From: Candidatus Fermentibacteraceae bacterium
GTDB taxonomy: Bacteria; Fermentibacterota; Fermentibacteria; Fermentibacterales; JCC-6
Reading direction: 5' to 3'
Assembly: GCA_046485185.1 (NCBI GenBank)
Contig: JAWOHL010000005.1
Span: 27,605-91,604 of the forward strand
DNA length: 64,000 bases
In this document: piece by piece, positions 28,763-38,271 of the stretch
How the letters are laid out: every line of letters starts with the position of its first letter
Numbering within the stretch: position 1 is the stretch's first letter
The notes under the pieces: model-generated
Database searches by the model: none
What the model was told of the DNA's origin: nothing
The model's input: the letters and a program-made list of their open reading frames with translations, nothing else
Position numbers and translations under genes: made by a program

Positions 28763-30030
28763 CCGATCTGCTGGCATTGAAGCGGGACGGTGGGCAGCTT
28801 TCAGCTGAAGACCTTTACGGTTTCGCATCCGGGATAGCCTCAGGCGAGGTCCCTCCCTATCAGGTTTCGGCCTTTTTGATGGCGGCCTACATCCGGGGGC
28901 TCTCCCCTGGTGAGACCACCGCGCTCACCATGGCGATCCGTGACAGCGGGAGCGTAATGAACTGGAGCCCCTCCCTGTCACCTCTGGCAGACAAGCACAG
29001 CACGGGCGGGGTGGGCGACAAGATTTCCATCGTTCTGGCTCCCCTGGCTGCATCCATGGGGATCAGGGTCCCCATGATAAGCGGAAGGAGCCTTGGGCAC
29101 ACCGGGGGGACCCTCGACAAGCTTTCGAGCATTCCCGGTTTTTGTGTGGACCTCTCCATCGACAGGTTTCGAAGGCAGATCGAGGAGATTGGCGTCTGCA
29201 TGATCGGCCAGACCCCTGAACTGGCTCCGGCGGACGGCGTTCTTTACGGTCTTCGCGACGCCACGGCCACGATCACTTCCATTCCCCTGATCTGCGCAAG
29301 CATTCTGGGAAAGAAACTGGCGGAAAACCCCGATTTCATTGTTTTCGACGTGAAATGCGGCTCAGGCGCCTTCATGAAGACGCCGGAACAGGCCGGGACC
29401 CTCGCCCGCATGCTTGTTGAAACCGCTGTTCTGGCAGGGAAGGGAGCCTCAGCCCTTGTCACTTCCATGAACCAGCCCACCGGTCTTTCGGTCGGAAACG
29501 CCCTTGAGGTGTCTGAGGCCATCGAAGTGCTTGAAGGCCGTGGCCCGTGGGACACCAGAGAGATAACCCTGACCTTCGCCGCTGAAATGGGCAGACTTGC
29601 CGGGCTTTCCAGCCCGTCCGACAAAGCCCGGGAAATGCTTGACAGCGGCGCAGCGCTGAAGGTGTTCCAAAGAATGACGGAAGCCCAGGGGGGCGACCTC
29701 GACCGGTTCAGCGCCATGGAGGATGCACCGGTGGAAGTGGAAGTGAGAGCCTCCCGAAGCGGGTTCTGGAAGGGGCCGGAGGCCCTTTCACTGGGTGAGG
29801 CGGTAAGGGGGCTGGGGGGAGGCAGATACAGGGTGGACGATTTTGTGGACCCAATGGTGGGCTGGCGGCAGGAAGTCCCGTGTGGAACCCCTGTCGAGGC
29901 CGGCTGCCTGCTGGGAGTCATCCACGGGGCTGACCGCCCGTCTGCAGAGCACGCTGCCGAGTCAATCGAAAACGCCTTTCAGTGGGACGCTCCGTCGGAT
30001 CACCTGGTGCTTGAAAGGATTCCGGGATGA
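28750..30030 (+). CDS. thymidine/pyrimidine-nucleoside phosphorylase
   Basis: DKHSTGGVGDK signature and SGRSLGHTGGTLDKL. Confidence 0.85.
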   Translation: MASVTDLLALKRDGGQLSAEDLYGFASGIASGEVPPYQVSAFLMAAYIRGLSPGETTALTMAIRDSGSVMNWSPSLSPLADKHSTGGVGDKISIVLAPLAASMGIRVPMISGRSLGHTGGTLDKLSSIPGFCVDLSIDRFRRQIEEIGVCMIGQTPELAPADGVLYGLRDATATITSIPLICASILGKKLAENPDFIVFDVKCGSGAFMKTPEQAGTLARMLVETAVLAGKGASALVTSMNQPTGLSVGNALEVSEAIEVLEGRGPWDTREITLTFAAEMGRLAGLSSPSDKAREMLDSGAALKVFQRMTEAQGGDLDRFSAMEDAPVEVEVRASRSGFWKGPEALSLGEAVRGLGGGRYRVDDFVDPMVGWRQEVPCGTPVEAGCLLGVIHGADRPSAEHAAESIENAFQWDAPSDHLVLERIPG

Positions 30031-31730
30031 GATGGCTTGAGACCGACCAGTTGCCGGCCGTTCTGGCACGGGACGGCATCATCACACAGGCTTCACTCGA
30101 AAGGTACAAAAGGCTCACGGCGGGAAGCTCGGAAGACCCTCTGGTTCTTCTTGTGAAGAGCGGAATGATCGGGGAGGAGACCCTTTACAGGTACGCCGCC
30201 GATCTTGTGGGCCTTCCCTACAAAGAGCTCGACCCCCTTGAACTCGACTACGAGACGGTCACGAGCAGCCTTCCCGGCAAGTTCGCCCAGGCCCACAGGC
30301 TTGTGGCCTTCAGGAGGGATGGCAACATCCTTCATGTGGCGACATGCAATGTTTCCGGCACCACGCTCGACCAGGACCTGAAGCTCATGCTGGGGCTCGA
30401 AGTGCAGTTCCACGTGTCCCGTCCCGCTGAGATCGAGAGGGTGATACGGCAGTTCTACGGTCTTCACAGCAGCATAGTCGCCGCCGTTAAGCAGCTCAAC
30501 GACGATGACGGCGTGGACCTTGGCAACCTGGAAAGGTTCGTGAACAGCGAGACATCCCAGAGCATCGAACCCACGGACAAACCCGTGGTGAACGCCGTGA
30601 ACCACCTTTTTCAGTACGCCTTCGAGGAGAGGGCCAGCGACATCCATCTTGAGCCCCATCGGGAGAACACCATCGTCAGGCTTCGAATAGACGGACTGCT
30701 GCACACGATCTACAGGATCCCCAAGAGGCTCCACCTGCCCATAAGCAGCAGGATCAAGATGATAGCGGGGCTCAACATCGCCGAGAAGAGGCGCCCGCAG
30801 GACGGCAGGATACGCACTCACTTCGACGGCAAGCCCGTGGAGATAAGGTGCTCAACTGTACCAATGGCGTTCGGGGAGAAAACCGTTCTCAGGATCCTCG
30901 ATCCTCAGATACTGATGCAGGACATGTCCAACCTGGGCTTCGAGCCGGACGACCTTGAGAAGTACCGGAGAATGCTGGGTGTTCCGAACGGGCTCATCCT
31001 GGTCACCGGACCGACGGGAAGCGGCAAAACCACTACGCTCTACTCATCCCTCATCGCCATCTCCAGGGAAACGGTGAACATCACGACCATCGAGGACCCG
31101 GTGGAGTTCGTCACTGACGAGTTCAACCAGATCTCGGTCCAGAGCGCCGTAGACCTGACCTTCACGTCCGCGCTCAGGCACATACTCAGGCAGGACCCCG
31201 ACATCATCATGGTGGGGGAGATAAGGGACGTGGAAACCGCTGTCAGCGCCATGCGAAGCGCCCTGACGGGGCATCTGGTCCTCAGCACGCTCCACACGAA
31301 CGACACGGCCACCACCGCGGTAAGGCTCATGGACATGGGCGTCCAGCCATACCTTCTCATGAGCACCCTTCAGGGGATCATCGCGCAAAGGCTGGTGAGA
31401 ATCATCTGCACCGAGTGCTCGGAAAGTTACTCTCCAGAGGACTCAATTGCTGATTCAATCGAGATCCCCAGGGGTTCCGTCCTCAGAAGGGGGGCGGGCT
31501 GCCGGGCCTGCAGGAATACCGGTTACAAGGGTCGCACCGGGGTGTACGAGGTCATGGAGATCAACGAGGCCGTACGGATCGCCCTGGCGGAAAGGGCTCA
31601 TGTGGACGATATTCGAAGGCTGGCGGTCAGCCAGGGTATGAAAACGCTTCGGGACTCGGCCAGGCTCAAAGTGCTGGCGGGAATCACGACCCCGGATGAG
31701 ATGCTCAAGGTAACCCTTGGGGGGGAATGA
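30027..31730 (+). CDS. GspE/PilB-family secretion ATPase (type II secretion / type IV pilus)
   Basis: N-terminal T2SSE_N-like domain. Walker A GPTGSGKTT. C-terminal tetracysteine CTECSE...CRACRNTGYKGRTGVYE. Confidence 0.85.
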   Translation: MRWLETDQLPAVLARDGIITQASLERYKRLTAGSSEDPLVLLVKSGMIGEETLYRYAADLVGLPYKELDPLELDYETVTSSLPGKFAQAHRLVAFRRDGNILHVATCNVSGTTLDQDLKLMLGLEVQFHVSRPAEIERVIRQFYGLHSSIVAAVKQLNDDDGVDLGNLERFVNSETSQSIEPTDKPVVNAVNHLFQYAFEERASDIHLEPHRENTIVRLRIDGLLHTIYRIPKRLHLPISSRIKMIAGLNIAEKRRPQDGRIRTHFDGKPVEIRCSTVPMAFGEKTVLRILDPQILMQDMSNLGFEPDDLEKYRRMLGVPNGLILVTGPTGSGKTTTLYSSLIAISRETVNITTIEDPVEFVTDEFNQISVQSAVDLTFTSALRHILRQDPDIIMVGEIRDVETAVSAMRSALTGHLVLSTLHTNDTATTAVRLMDMGVQPYLLMSTLQGIIAQRLVRIICTECSESYSPEDSIADSIEIPRGSVLRRGAGCRACRNTGYKGRTGVYEVMEINEAVRIALAERAHVDDIRRLAVSQGMKTLRDSARLKVLAGITTPDEMLKVTLGGE

Positions 31731-33115
31731 AAAAGGCGTTCGTTCTCGGTATCCTTGCCCTTCTGTCAGGCTGCGGAAGCGGCGGCCCGTCGGACGACCC
31801 GTCGGCCGCCACGCCCGACACCCTGATAAGGGTCATTCCGCGTACACCCATCGAGACGGGTCTGCTCTTCAGCAACGCGCTGCTCATGAACGATCCGGAG
31901 TGTTACGTCTTCCTCGCCCCCGTTTTCCGTGACTCTATCGAGTCGCAGGATCTCTCCCCGTGGGAGGTTTTCGGTCGGTGGCGGGCCTTCGATCCCAACG
32001 GCAGGCTCACCGAAGTGGTGCAAACCCCTGACGGCATGCGGACGACCAGCTACTACTGCGCCATCGCAAGGCTCGAAGAGCTTCCTCCCGTAGTCAGGTT
32101 TGATTTCGTGGTCGTCGAAGGTGAGTGGCTGATCTCCGGGTTCGGTTACGGCCATTCATCAGGCATCGGCGACTCCCTCGCACTCGAGCAGCAGGTCGGT
32201 CTGATCCTTTCCGACCCCGTTCTTCTCAGGGAGATACGAATCGCAAGAATGCTTCTGTACGACGTGGACAACGATGCATCAGGCAGCTGGGCATCCTGGC
32301 AGGCAGCCTCGGCCACGGGTGAGAGCTTTGCCGACTACGTTACCGGGTTGTCTCAGGAAAGCTATAACATGCTGGCGGAAAGTAATATAAGGCAATCGGG
32401 CAAATTGCAGATCGTGCAGGACCGCGCCACATTCCAGATCACGAACCCGCCCCTTGAACTCCGTGAGCTTATCGCAGCGTGGCGCGAGCTGGCCTACCTG
32501 CGCAAGGCGGTTCTCAGGGCTCGGCACGAGGCCATGCAGAACCTCAGACAGACCGGCGTCTGGATGGAGCCCGACCTCACGCAGGAAGAAGCCAGGATAC
32601 AATACCTCACGGGGATATTCATACCCGTGAGCGACCTCGTGGAAGCCCGCGACACCCTCTCCCTGACCTGCCCGGCCCTACTCACGACCGGTTCCGGTGA
32701 ACCCCTCGAAGCCCTGACCATCGAGCTCGACCCCCACACCGTCGAGCAGAAGGTCGAGAACGACATCGGCGTTCCTGTGTGGCGGGCCCTCGGGGTTGAC
32801 ATGAACGGCGACCCCGACCCCGAGAGGGTTGTCTACTGGGCGGGAGACCTCTTCCTCTTCCTTGGCACGCCCACGGGCTACCGCCTGGTGTTCAGAACCT
32901 ATTCGGGTTACGATAGCGATTTTCACGGGCAGTTCGGAACCGGAACCAGCCCGTCCGGCCACAGCAGCGTGAACCTGATAGGGAACTCCAGAACCACCGA
33001 GTACAACCTCCACCTCGACGGAGGCGTTCCCAGGCTCACGGCAACGCCTCTGGGGCAGGAAGAGGAGAGAAGCCTGGATTCCTACACCGATCAGGTCATT
33101 CCGGAGGACTGGTGA
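31727..33115 (+). CDS. lipoprotein, function unknown
   Basis: Lipobox LLSGC directly after the signal peptide. 462 aa. ATGA overlap with the upstream stop. Confidence 0.55.
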   Translation: MKKAFVLGILALLSGCGSGGPSDDPSAATPDTLIRVIPRTPIETGLLFSNALLMNDPECYVFLAPVFRDSIESQDLSPWEVFGRWRAFDPNGRLTEVVQTPDGMRTTSYYCAIARLEELPPVVRFDFVVVEGEWLISGFGYGHSSGIGDSLALEQQVGLILSDPVLLREIRIARMLLYDVDNDASGSWASWQAASATGESFADYVTGLSQESYNMLAESNIRQSGKLQIVQDRATFQITNPPLELRELIAAWRELAYLRKAVLRARHEAMQNLRQTGVWMEPDLTQEEARIQYLTGIFIPVSDLVEARDTLSLTCPALLTTGSGEPLEALTIELDPHTVEQKVENDIGVPVWRALGVDMNGDPDPERVVYWAGDLFLFLGTPTGYRLVFRTYSGYDSDFHGQFGTGTSPSGHSSVNLIGNSRTTEYNLHLDGGVPRLTATPLGQEEERSLDSYTDQVIPEDW

Positions 33116-35325
33116 ACAAGGTTTTGTCGAAGATTCTGCTGTGGGTGTTCCTGACAGTGGTCGTCTTCTGTTCGTTCGGCGCCGGGTTTTTCTTCCGGGT
33201 CTGGCATGACAGCGCCAGGGCTTTCCGTGAATCCCACGGCAACCTCCTGGTGGCGTCCCTGAGGGGGCATGAACCCGCCAGCGCCACGCGCATTTACGAC
33301 ATGTACGGCGATCAGCTCGCGGTGGCTTTCGTTGAAAACCGCTACCCGGTAACGCTGGACCAGGTGAGCCCCTGGGTGATCGAGGGCTTCATCGCCACCG
33401 AGGACAGGAACTTCTTCACCCACAAGGGGCTGGATGTCCGGGGCATCATCCGTTCAGTCCTGCACAACATCAGAACCGGCTCAAGGCACGGCGGAAGCAC
33501 CATAACCCAGCAGCTTGCCAGGGGCCTGTTCCTCGAGCCTGACCAGACCATCCAGAGGAAGATACAGGAAGCCTTCATCGCCCTCGAGATCGAGAGGCAG
33601 TTCAGCAAGCAGGACATCCTTGAGATGTACCTTAACCAGATCTACTTCGGCGCCGGCGCCCACGGGATCGAGGCTGCCGCCAGAACATACTTCGGGGGGA
33701 TATCGGCCGCTGAACTAACACTCAATCAGTCGGCACTTCTCGTGAGAATGGTCAAGAATCCCTCGGGTTTCAACCCCATGAACAACCCCTCCCGTGCTCT
33801 GGCCCAGCGGAACATCGCCCTCAGCATGATGACCGACCACGGCGTGATCAGCTCCGAACAGAGGGACCGGGCCATGCAGGAACCCCTTGGCGTGGATGTT
33901 CACCGCTCCGAGCTCGAGCAGGACTGGAACTACTTCACCGAGTTCGTCAGGCAGTACCTTGTCGGAAGGTACGGGTGGTCGGCGGTTTACGAACAGGGGC
34001 TGGTGGTTTACACCACGCTCGACCCCGACATGCAGGCCGCCGCCGAATGGGCGCTCGACAGCGTACTGACACTTAAGGAACCGGTCTGGAACCCCGAAAC
34101 GCAGCAATGGCTGCCTGACGGCCAGAGGCTAAGGTACGAGAGCTCACGTCTTTACTGGCAGTCCGTTCGAGACACGACCACCAGCGCTCCCGATTACATA
34201 CAGGGCGCCCTTGTTGCCGTCGACCCCCGAACGGGGTACATCCGGGCCATGGTCGGCGGAAGGGACTTCCAGGACAGCGAGTTCAACAGGGCGGTCCAGA
34301 CCAGCAGGCAGCCGGGAAGCTCGTTCAAGTCCTTTGTGTACGCCGAGGCCATTGAACAGGGCTGGTCGCCGGGCAACGTGGTGCTCGATCAGCCCGTGGT
34401 CATAGACCTCAGCCCGGGAGAATGGCGCCCCCGGAACTACGACATGCAGTTCCACGGAATGGTGACTCTCAGGGAAGCCTTCGCAAGGTCGTACAATGTG
34501 GCCGCGGTAAGGCTGGGCATGGCCGTGGGCATCGAGGCCGTGGCTGCCAGGGCAGCATCGATGGGGATCTCATCCCGGCTGCCCATAGTCAGTTCCCTTC
34601 CGCTGGGAAGTTGCATGATAAACCCTCTCGAGATGGCCAGAGCCTACATCCCGTTCGCCACGGGAGGTCTGGCCAGGAACACCACGGCCATCATCAGGGT
34701 TGAGGACCGGTACGGCAACCTTCTGGAGAGCAACGAGCAGCCCGACCCCGGCAGACGGGTGATGAGCCGGACCGGCGCCTATCTCATGAACAGCCTGCTC
34801 CAGTCGGTTTTCCGGTCCGGAACGGCATCTCCCTCAAGATGGTACTGGGACGGCCCTTTCGCCGGCAGGGAGGCCGGCGGCAAGACCGGAACGACCAGCG
34901 ATTACGCCGACGCGTGGTTCGTCGGCTTCACCCCCGACCTGGTCGCGGCTGTGTGGGTCGGGTACGACAACCACATCATTCGAATGCGCACTCGTAACGG
35001 CGCCGGGCAGGCGGGAGGCGCCATAGCGCTTCCCATATGGAACGGATTCATGCGCAGGGCTTTCTCCGACGCCGACCCTGCATCCGCTCCATCGTTCCCC
35101 GGACCCGATCAGGGTGAGGTCGAACAGGCCGTTGTCTGCGGTCTCAGTGGTCAGCTCGCTGTGGCGGGCTGCGGTGGGCACGCCCGTGAGGATCTGTTCT
35201 GGGCGGGGACCGCGCCCGCTGTGTACTGCATTATCCACGGAGACCGGTCCGGTTTCGGGACCGACTCTACCATGGGCAATTTCAGCGATTTCGACCGGCG
35301 TCCTCAGGAAACGCAATCCCCCTGA
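33112..35325 (+). CDS. mrcA: class A penicillin-binding protein (bifunctional transglycosylase/transpeptidase, PBP1A-type)
   Basis: GT51 motifs (EDRNFFTHKG, GGSTITQQLARG) and transpeptidase motifs SSFK, SYN, KTGTT. N-terminal TM anchor. Confidence 0.85.
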   Translation: MNKVLSKILLWVFLTVVVFCSFGAGFFFRVWHDSARAFRESHGNLLVASLRGHEPASATRIYDMYGDQLAVAFVENRYPVTLDQVSPWVIEGFIATEDRNFFTHKGLDVRGIIRSVLHNIRTGSRHGGSTITQQLARGLFLEPDQTIQRKIQEAFIALEIERQFSKQDILEMYLNQIYFGAGAHGIEAAARTYFGGISAAELTLNQSALLVRMVKNPSGFNPMNNPSRALAQRNIALSMMTDHGVISSEQRDRAMQEPLGVDVHRSELEQDWNYFTEFVRQYLVGRYGWSAVYEQGLVVYTTLDPDMQAAAEWALDSVLTLKEPVWNPETQQWLPDGQRLRYESSRLYWQSVRDTTTSAPDYIQGALVAVDPRTGYIRAMVGGRDFQDSEFNRAVQTSRQPGSSFKSFVYAEAIEQGWSPGNVVLDQPVVIDLSPGEWRPRNYDMQFHGMVTLREAFARSYNVAAVRLGMAVGIEAVAARAASMGISSRLPIVSSLPLGSCMINPLEMARAYIPFATGGLARNTTAIIRVEDRYGNLLESNEQPDPGRRVMSRTGAYLMNSLLQSVFRSGTASPSRWYWDGPFAGREAGGKTGTTSDYADAWFVGFTPDLVAAVWVGYDNHIIRMRTRNGAGQAGGAIALPIWNGFMRRAFSDADPASAPSFPGPDQGEVEQAVVCGLSGQLAVAGCGGHAREDLFWAGTAPAVYCIIHGDRSGFGTDSTMGNFSDFDRRPQETQSP

Positions 35326-36107
35326 TGGAACACCTCCCGATCATACTGGCGGGAACTGCCCTTCTGTTCTGCTTTTTCTTCGCCACAAGGCTTTTAAAGT
35401 CTCCGTTCTGGAAGAGAAGGCAGCTCCGAAAAGCGTCACTGATGGCGGCCCGGGGCAACATAACCGCCATGACCGGCTACCTCAGGGCCAACATGGACAG
35501 GGGCAGGGTTTCGTGCCCACTCACCAACGCACTGGTGTACTTCTATATACGCTCCGGTGATCTGGACAGCGCCGAAAAGATAGTAACCGACGCCATGGGC
35601 AGGGGCGACAGCTCCGGTGGCGCACTCGCTCAGCTTGCGTACATTGCCCAGGGCCGCAGCGAATGGGAAAACGCCGAGAAGCTCTACAGAAAAGCCATGG
35701 AGGCTGAGCCGTCCCTGGCCCCCACGCTGGGGATGAACATCGCGGGCTCCCTGATCCAGCGCAACACACGGCTCGATGAAGCCGAAGACCTTCTGAACCA
35801 GGCTCTCGATTCAGAGAACGGGCCGTCGCGGAGTTCGGTCCACCTGAACCTCGCCATGCTGAACTCACTGCGGGGAAGCCACTCTCAGGCCAAAGTCCAT
35901 GCCCTCACGGCGTACGAACTCATGCAGGACCTCGAGATCACCCGCCTTGGAAGGGCTCAGGCGCTGGGTCTCGCCGCCGGGGCATCCAGAAAGATGAAGG
36001 ATCCGGTCGAAGCGGCGAGGCTCTCCCAGAAGGCCCTGAAAGTCATGGGGGATCTGTCAGGCGCGGAGAGGCTTCGTACAGAGCTTCAGGAAATGGCTGG
36101 CAGTTGA
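35325..36107 (+). CDS. TPR-repeat membrane-anchored protein
   Basis: N-terminal TM helix followed by TPR-like helical repeats. Confidence 0.55.
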   Translation: MEHLPIILAGTALLFCFFFATRLLKSPFWKRRQLRKASLMAARGNITAMTGYLRANMDRGRVSCPLTNALVYFYIRSGDLDSAEKIVTDAMGRGDSSGGALAQLAYIAQGRSEWENAEKLYRKAMEAEPSLAPTLGMNIAGSLIQRNTRLDEAEDLLNQALDSENGPSRSSVHLNLAMLNSLRGSHSQAKVHALTAYELMQDLEITRLGRAQALGLAAGASRKMKDPVEAARLSQKALKVMGDLSGAERLRTELQEMAGS

Positions 36108-37036
36108 GGAAGGCTCTATGGGCTGTCATTCTGGGAGTGGTGGTCTATACGGCGCTGGTGCTGAGGTCCGACGTGTCCAGGGTGGGCCGGGCCATTTCAG
36201 CTATCCATCCCGCATGGATCCCGGTCTTTCTGGCGCTTCCCCTCTCGAACTACTTCTTCAGGTTCCTGAAGTGGAACTACTTCCTGCGCAGGGTCGGGGT
36301 TTTTATCCCCAAAGGCGAGAGCCTGGCGGTCTTCATCGCAGGTTTCTCCATGACGGTATCGCCCGGCAAGTTCGGTGAGCTCGTTAAATGCGTCATCCTG
36401 AAGGAGAGGCGGGGAGTGCCCGTTTCAATCACCAGCCCCGTGGTGGTGGCTGAGCGGATCACCGACCTTCTCAGCATGGTGTGCCTGGCCGCGGCCGGCG
36501 CGGCCCTTTCGGGGGGCGGTGCGGTGCTTCCCGCCATCGCTGCCGGGGTGGTCTTCGTGTCGTCGGCCATGGTCTTTCTTCTCTGGACCCCGGCGTGGCG
36601 GCTGGCGGCACGGACCGCCTCCCGGCTTCCCGTGCTGAAAACGAGAACCGAAGCCCTCGAAGACTTCAGACAGTCCGCCATTATCCTTCTGGACTTCAGA
36701 AGCATGCTGTTTTCGGTTCCCCTTGGGATTCTGGGATGGGGTCTCGAAGCGCTTGTTCTGTGCGCCGTTGCTGCCTCGATGGGGGTTTCCCTTCCGGCCG
36801 GAGTCGCGCTTCTCAGCCATGCCGCAGGAACCATTGCCGGCGCCGTAAGCATGATCCCCGGAGGCCTGGGCCTCACCGAGCTGACAATAGACGGGATCCT
36901 GGGCGGCTCGATGCCCCACGCTCAGGCGGCTGTCACCACGCTGCTCATGCGCTTCTGTACGTTATGGTTCGGGGTTCTGCTGGGACTGGCATTCATTGCG
37001 GTGCTGGGAAGAAAAACAGGTACGAAAACCAGATGA
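36104..37036 (+). CDS. lysyl-PG-synthase-TM-like 'flippase-like domain' membrane protein (UPF0104 family)
   Basis: About 8 TM helices. Conserved FxGFSMTVSPGKFGELVKCVIL...AERITDLL pattern of the LPG_synthase_TM family. Confidence 0.65.
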   Translation: MRKALWAVILGVVVYTALVLRSDVSRVGRAISAIHPAWIPVFLALPLSNYFFRFLKWNYFLRRVGVFIPKGESLAVFIAGFSMTVSPGKFGELVKCVILKERRGVPVSITSPVVVAERITDLLSMVCLAAAGAALSGGGAVLPAIAAGVVFVSSAMVFLLWTPAWRLAARTASRLPVLKTRTEALEDFRQSAIILLDFRSMLFSVPLGILGWGLEALVLCAVAASMGVSLPAGVALLSHAAGTIAGAVSMIPGGLGLTELTIDGILGGSMPHAQAAVTTLLMRFCTLWFGVLLGLAFIAVLGRKTGTKTR

Positions 37037-37074
37037 CCCCGGCGGATGATCTGCCGGTTACGGATATTATGGAT

Positions 37075-37323
37075 CTAAAGGCCTTCCCTCACACTGCCGG
37101 GGTCGAGGAGCCGCTCGGGATTGCTCTTGTTGAACAGCGAGATCCCGAAGGGCCCCGCGCCTGTAACGCAATTGTTTTGAGGTCCGGGTCCAGGCCCTGC
37201 GCTGCAATCAGGCCCGGTTCCGGGTCCGCCCCCGGCCGCGCACCGGGCATGCCAGCCCATCCCGCCGGCACTGGACAAACCCTGCAGCTCAGGTTTCGTG
37301 TACTTTTCAGGGAAGACAGTCAT
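37075..37323 (-). CDS. candidate RiPP precursor peptide (Gly/Pro/Cys-rich small ORF)
   Basis: 82 aa: MTVFPEKYTKPELQGLSSAGGMGWHARCAAGGGPGTGPDCSAGPGPGPQNNCVTGAGPFGISLFNKSNPERLLDPGSVREGL. It is the last gene of the minus-strand rSAM/PqqD operon. SD AAGGAAG lies about 11 nt upstream, preceded by an AT-rich promoter-like stretch. The core has three Cys in a G/P-rich context. Confidence 0.4.
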   Translation of the reverse strand: MTVFPEKYTKPELQGLSSAGGMGWHARCAAGGGPGTGPDCSAGPGPGPQNNCVTGAGPFGISLFNKSNPERLLDPGSVREGL

Positions 37324-37366
37324 AGGACGATACGCTTCCTTTCAGAACCAACCTCAATATGCTATC

Positions 37367-37762
37367 CTAATGCCAGCGCAACCTTCTGACAATGGCGCAG
37401 TGAACCCTTACCGCAATTTCCGGAACATTTTCGGCCCACAGGGCTCTTCTGCAGAGCGGGCGGTACTTCCGGCGCCTCAGTACACCGATTACTACCGGTA
37501 CGGTATCGAATTGTTCCAGAAGCAACGGAGCGTCCCTTCCCGAACGGTCTCCCGCGGTGTAAAGAAGAACACGCCCGCCCCTTTTCACGGTTCGGACCAC
37601 CCTGTGAACTACCTGATCCTTCGTTCCGTGACCGAGAACCACGACCTGCCCCGGAAGAACACTTGAAACCGGTTGCCGCATCGCCCTGAGGATGTCGCCG
37701 GGTATCAGGGCCGGCCACATCGAAAGCCCCCTCACGAAGCCCCTCATGTATTCCGAAGCCAT
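37367..37762 (-). CDS. ER/archaeal-type (S26B-like) signal-peptidase-like small protease
   Basis: GLSMWPALIPGDI matches the SPase I Ser box (SM-x-P-x-L-x-x-GD). The later VHRVV sits where Lys-dyad enzymes have KRV, suggesting a Ser/His dyad as in SipW/Sec11. 131 aa. Confidence 0.5.
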   Translation of the reverse strand: MASEYMRGFVRGLSMWPALIPGDILRAMRQPVSSVLPGQVVVLGHGTKDQVVHRVVRTVKRGGRVLLYTAGDRSGRDAPLLLEQFDTVPVVIGVLRRRKYRPLCRRALWAENVPEIAVRVHCAIVRRLRWH

Positions 37763-38271
37763 GTCCGGATCAACTGGTCCGAGTCATCGGCCCGTCTTCG
37801 GAGAACCACTGCGGGATGGCTTTTGAAGAGGCTTTCTGTAAAGACCCTGGCAGCGTTCCTCACATGCTGGGGAACCATGTCGAGGACCATGAGCGAACCG
37901 ATCCTCTCGGCTCTGAAAAAGCCGTATTCCGGTGTAAGCCTGAGAACAGCCGGTGAACCCTTCTCGAGAAGGACGATTCCTGAGAGGATTGCCGGCTGGA
38001 TGTGGAAATCTCCCGTCTTCATCCTGTGGGCGCCGCAGGGAAGTGTTCTCACTACGCCGTCGGTGCCCCGGGCCACTACAACGGTGTCATCACCGATGAG
38101 GCGCCAGCCCAGTGACGCCAGGTGATAGGCCACGGTTGTCTTCCCTCCGTTTGAGGGGGCCAGGAAAAGGATGGACCTTTCTTCGAGGGCTACGGCCGCT
38201 CCGTGAAAAAGGGCACCACCGGGGCAGACCGCCATGAGTTGTGCCCGAAGCAGCGACCTTCGGTTATCCAT
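37744..38271 (-). CDS. HprK-related P-loop kinase (HPr kinase C-terminal-domain-like)
   Basis: ILFLAPSNGGKTTVAYHLASLGWRLIGDDTVVV matches the HprK C-domain pattern G-x-SG-x-GKS...L..G..LV-DD-V. Confidence 0.6.
   Translation of the reverse strand: MDNRRSLLRAQLMAVCPGGALFHGAAVALEERSILFLAPSNGGKTTVAYHLASLGWRLIGDDTVVVARGTDGVVRTLPCGAHRMKTGDFHIQPAILSGIVLLEKGSPAVLRLTPEYGFFRAERIGSLMVLDMVPQHVRNAARVFTESLFKSHPAVVLRRRADDSDQLIRTWLRNT

Noticed and set aside
36481-37389. 302-aa + strand ORF, and 199-aa and 164-aa minus-strand ORFs, overlapping the flippase-like gene
   Set aside because: Alternative or antisense frames of the well-supported UPF0104 membrane protein. Translations are Arg/Gly/Pro-rich low complexity.
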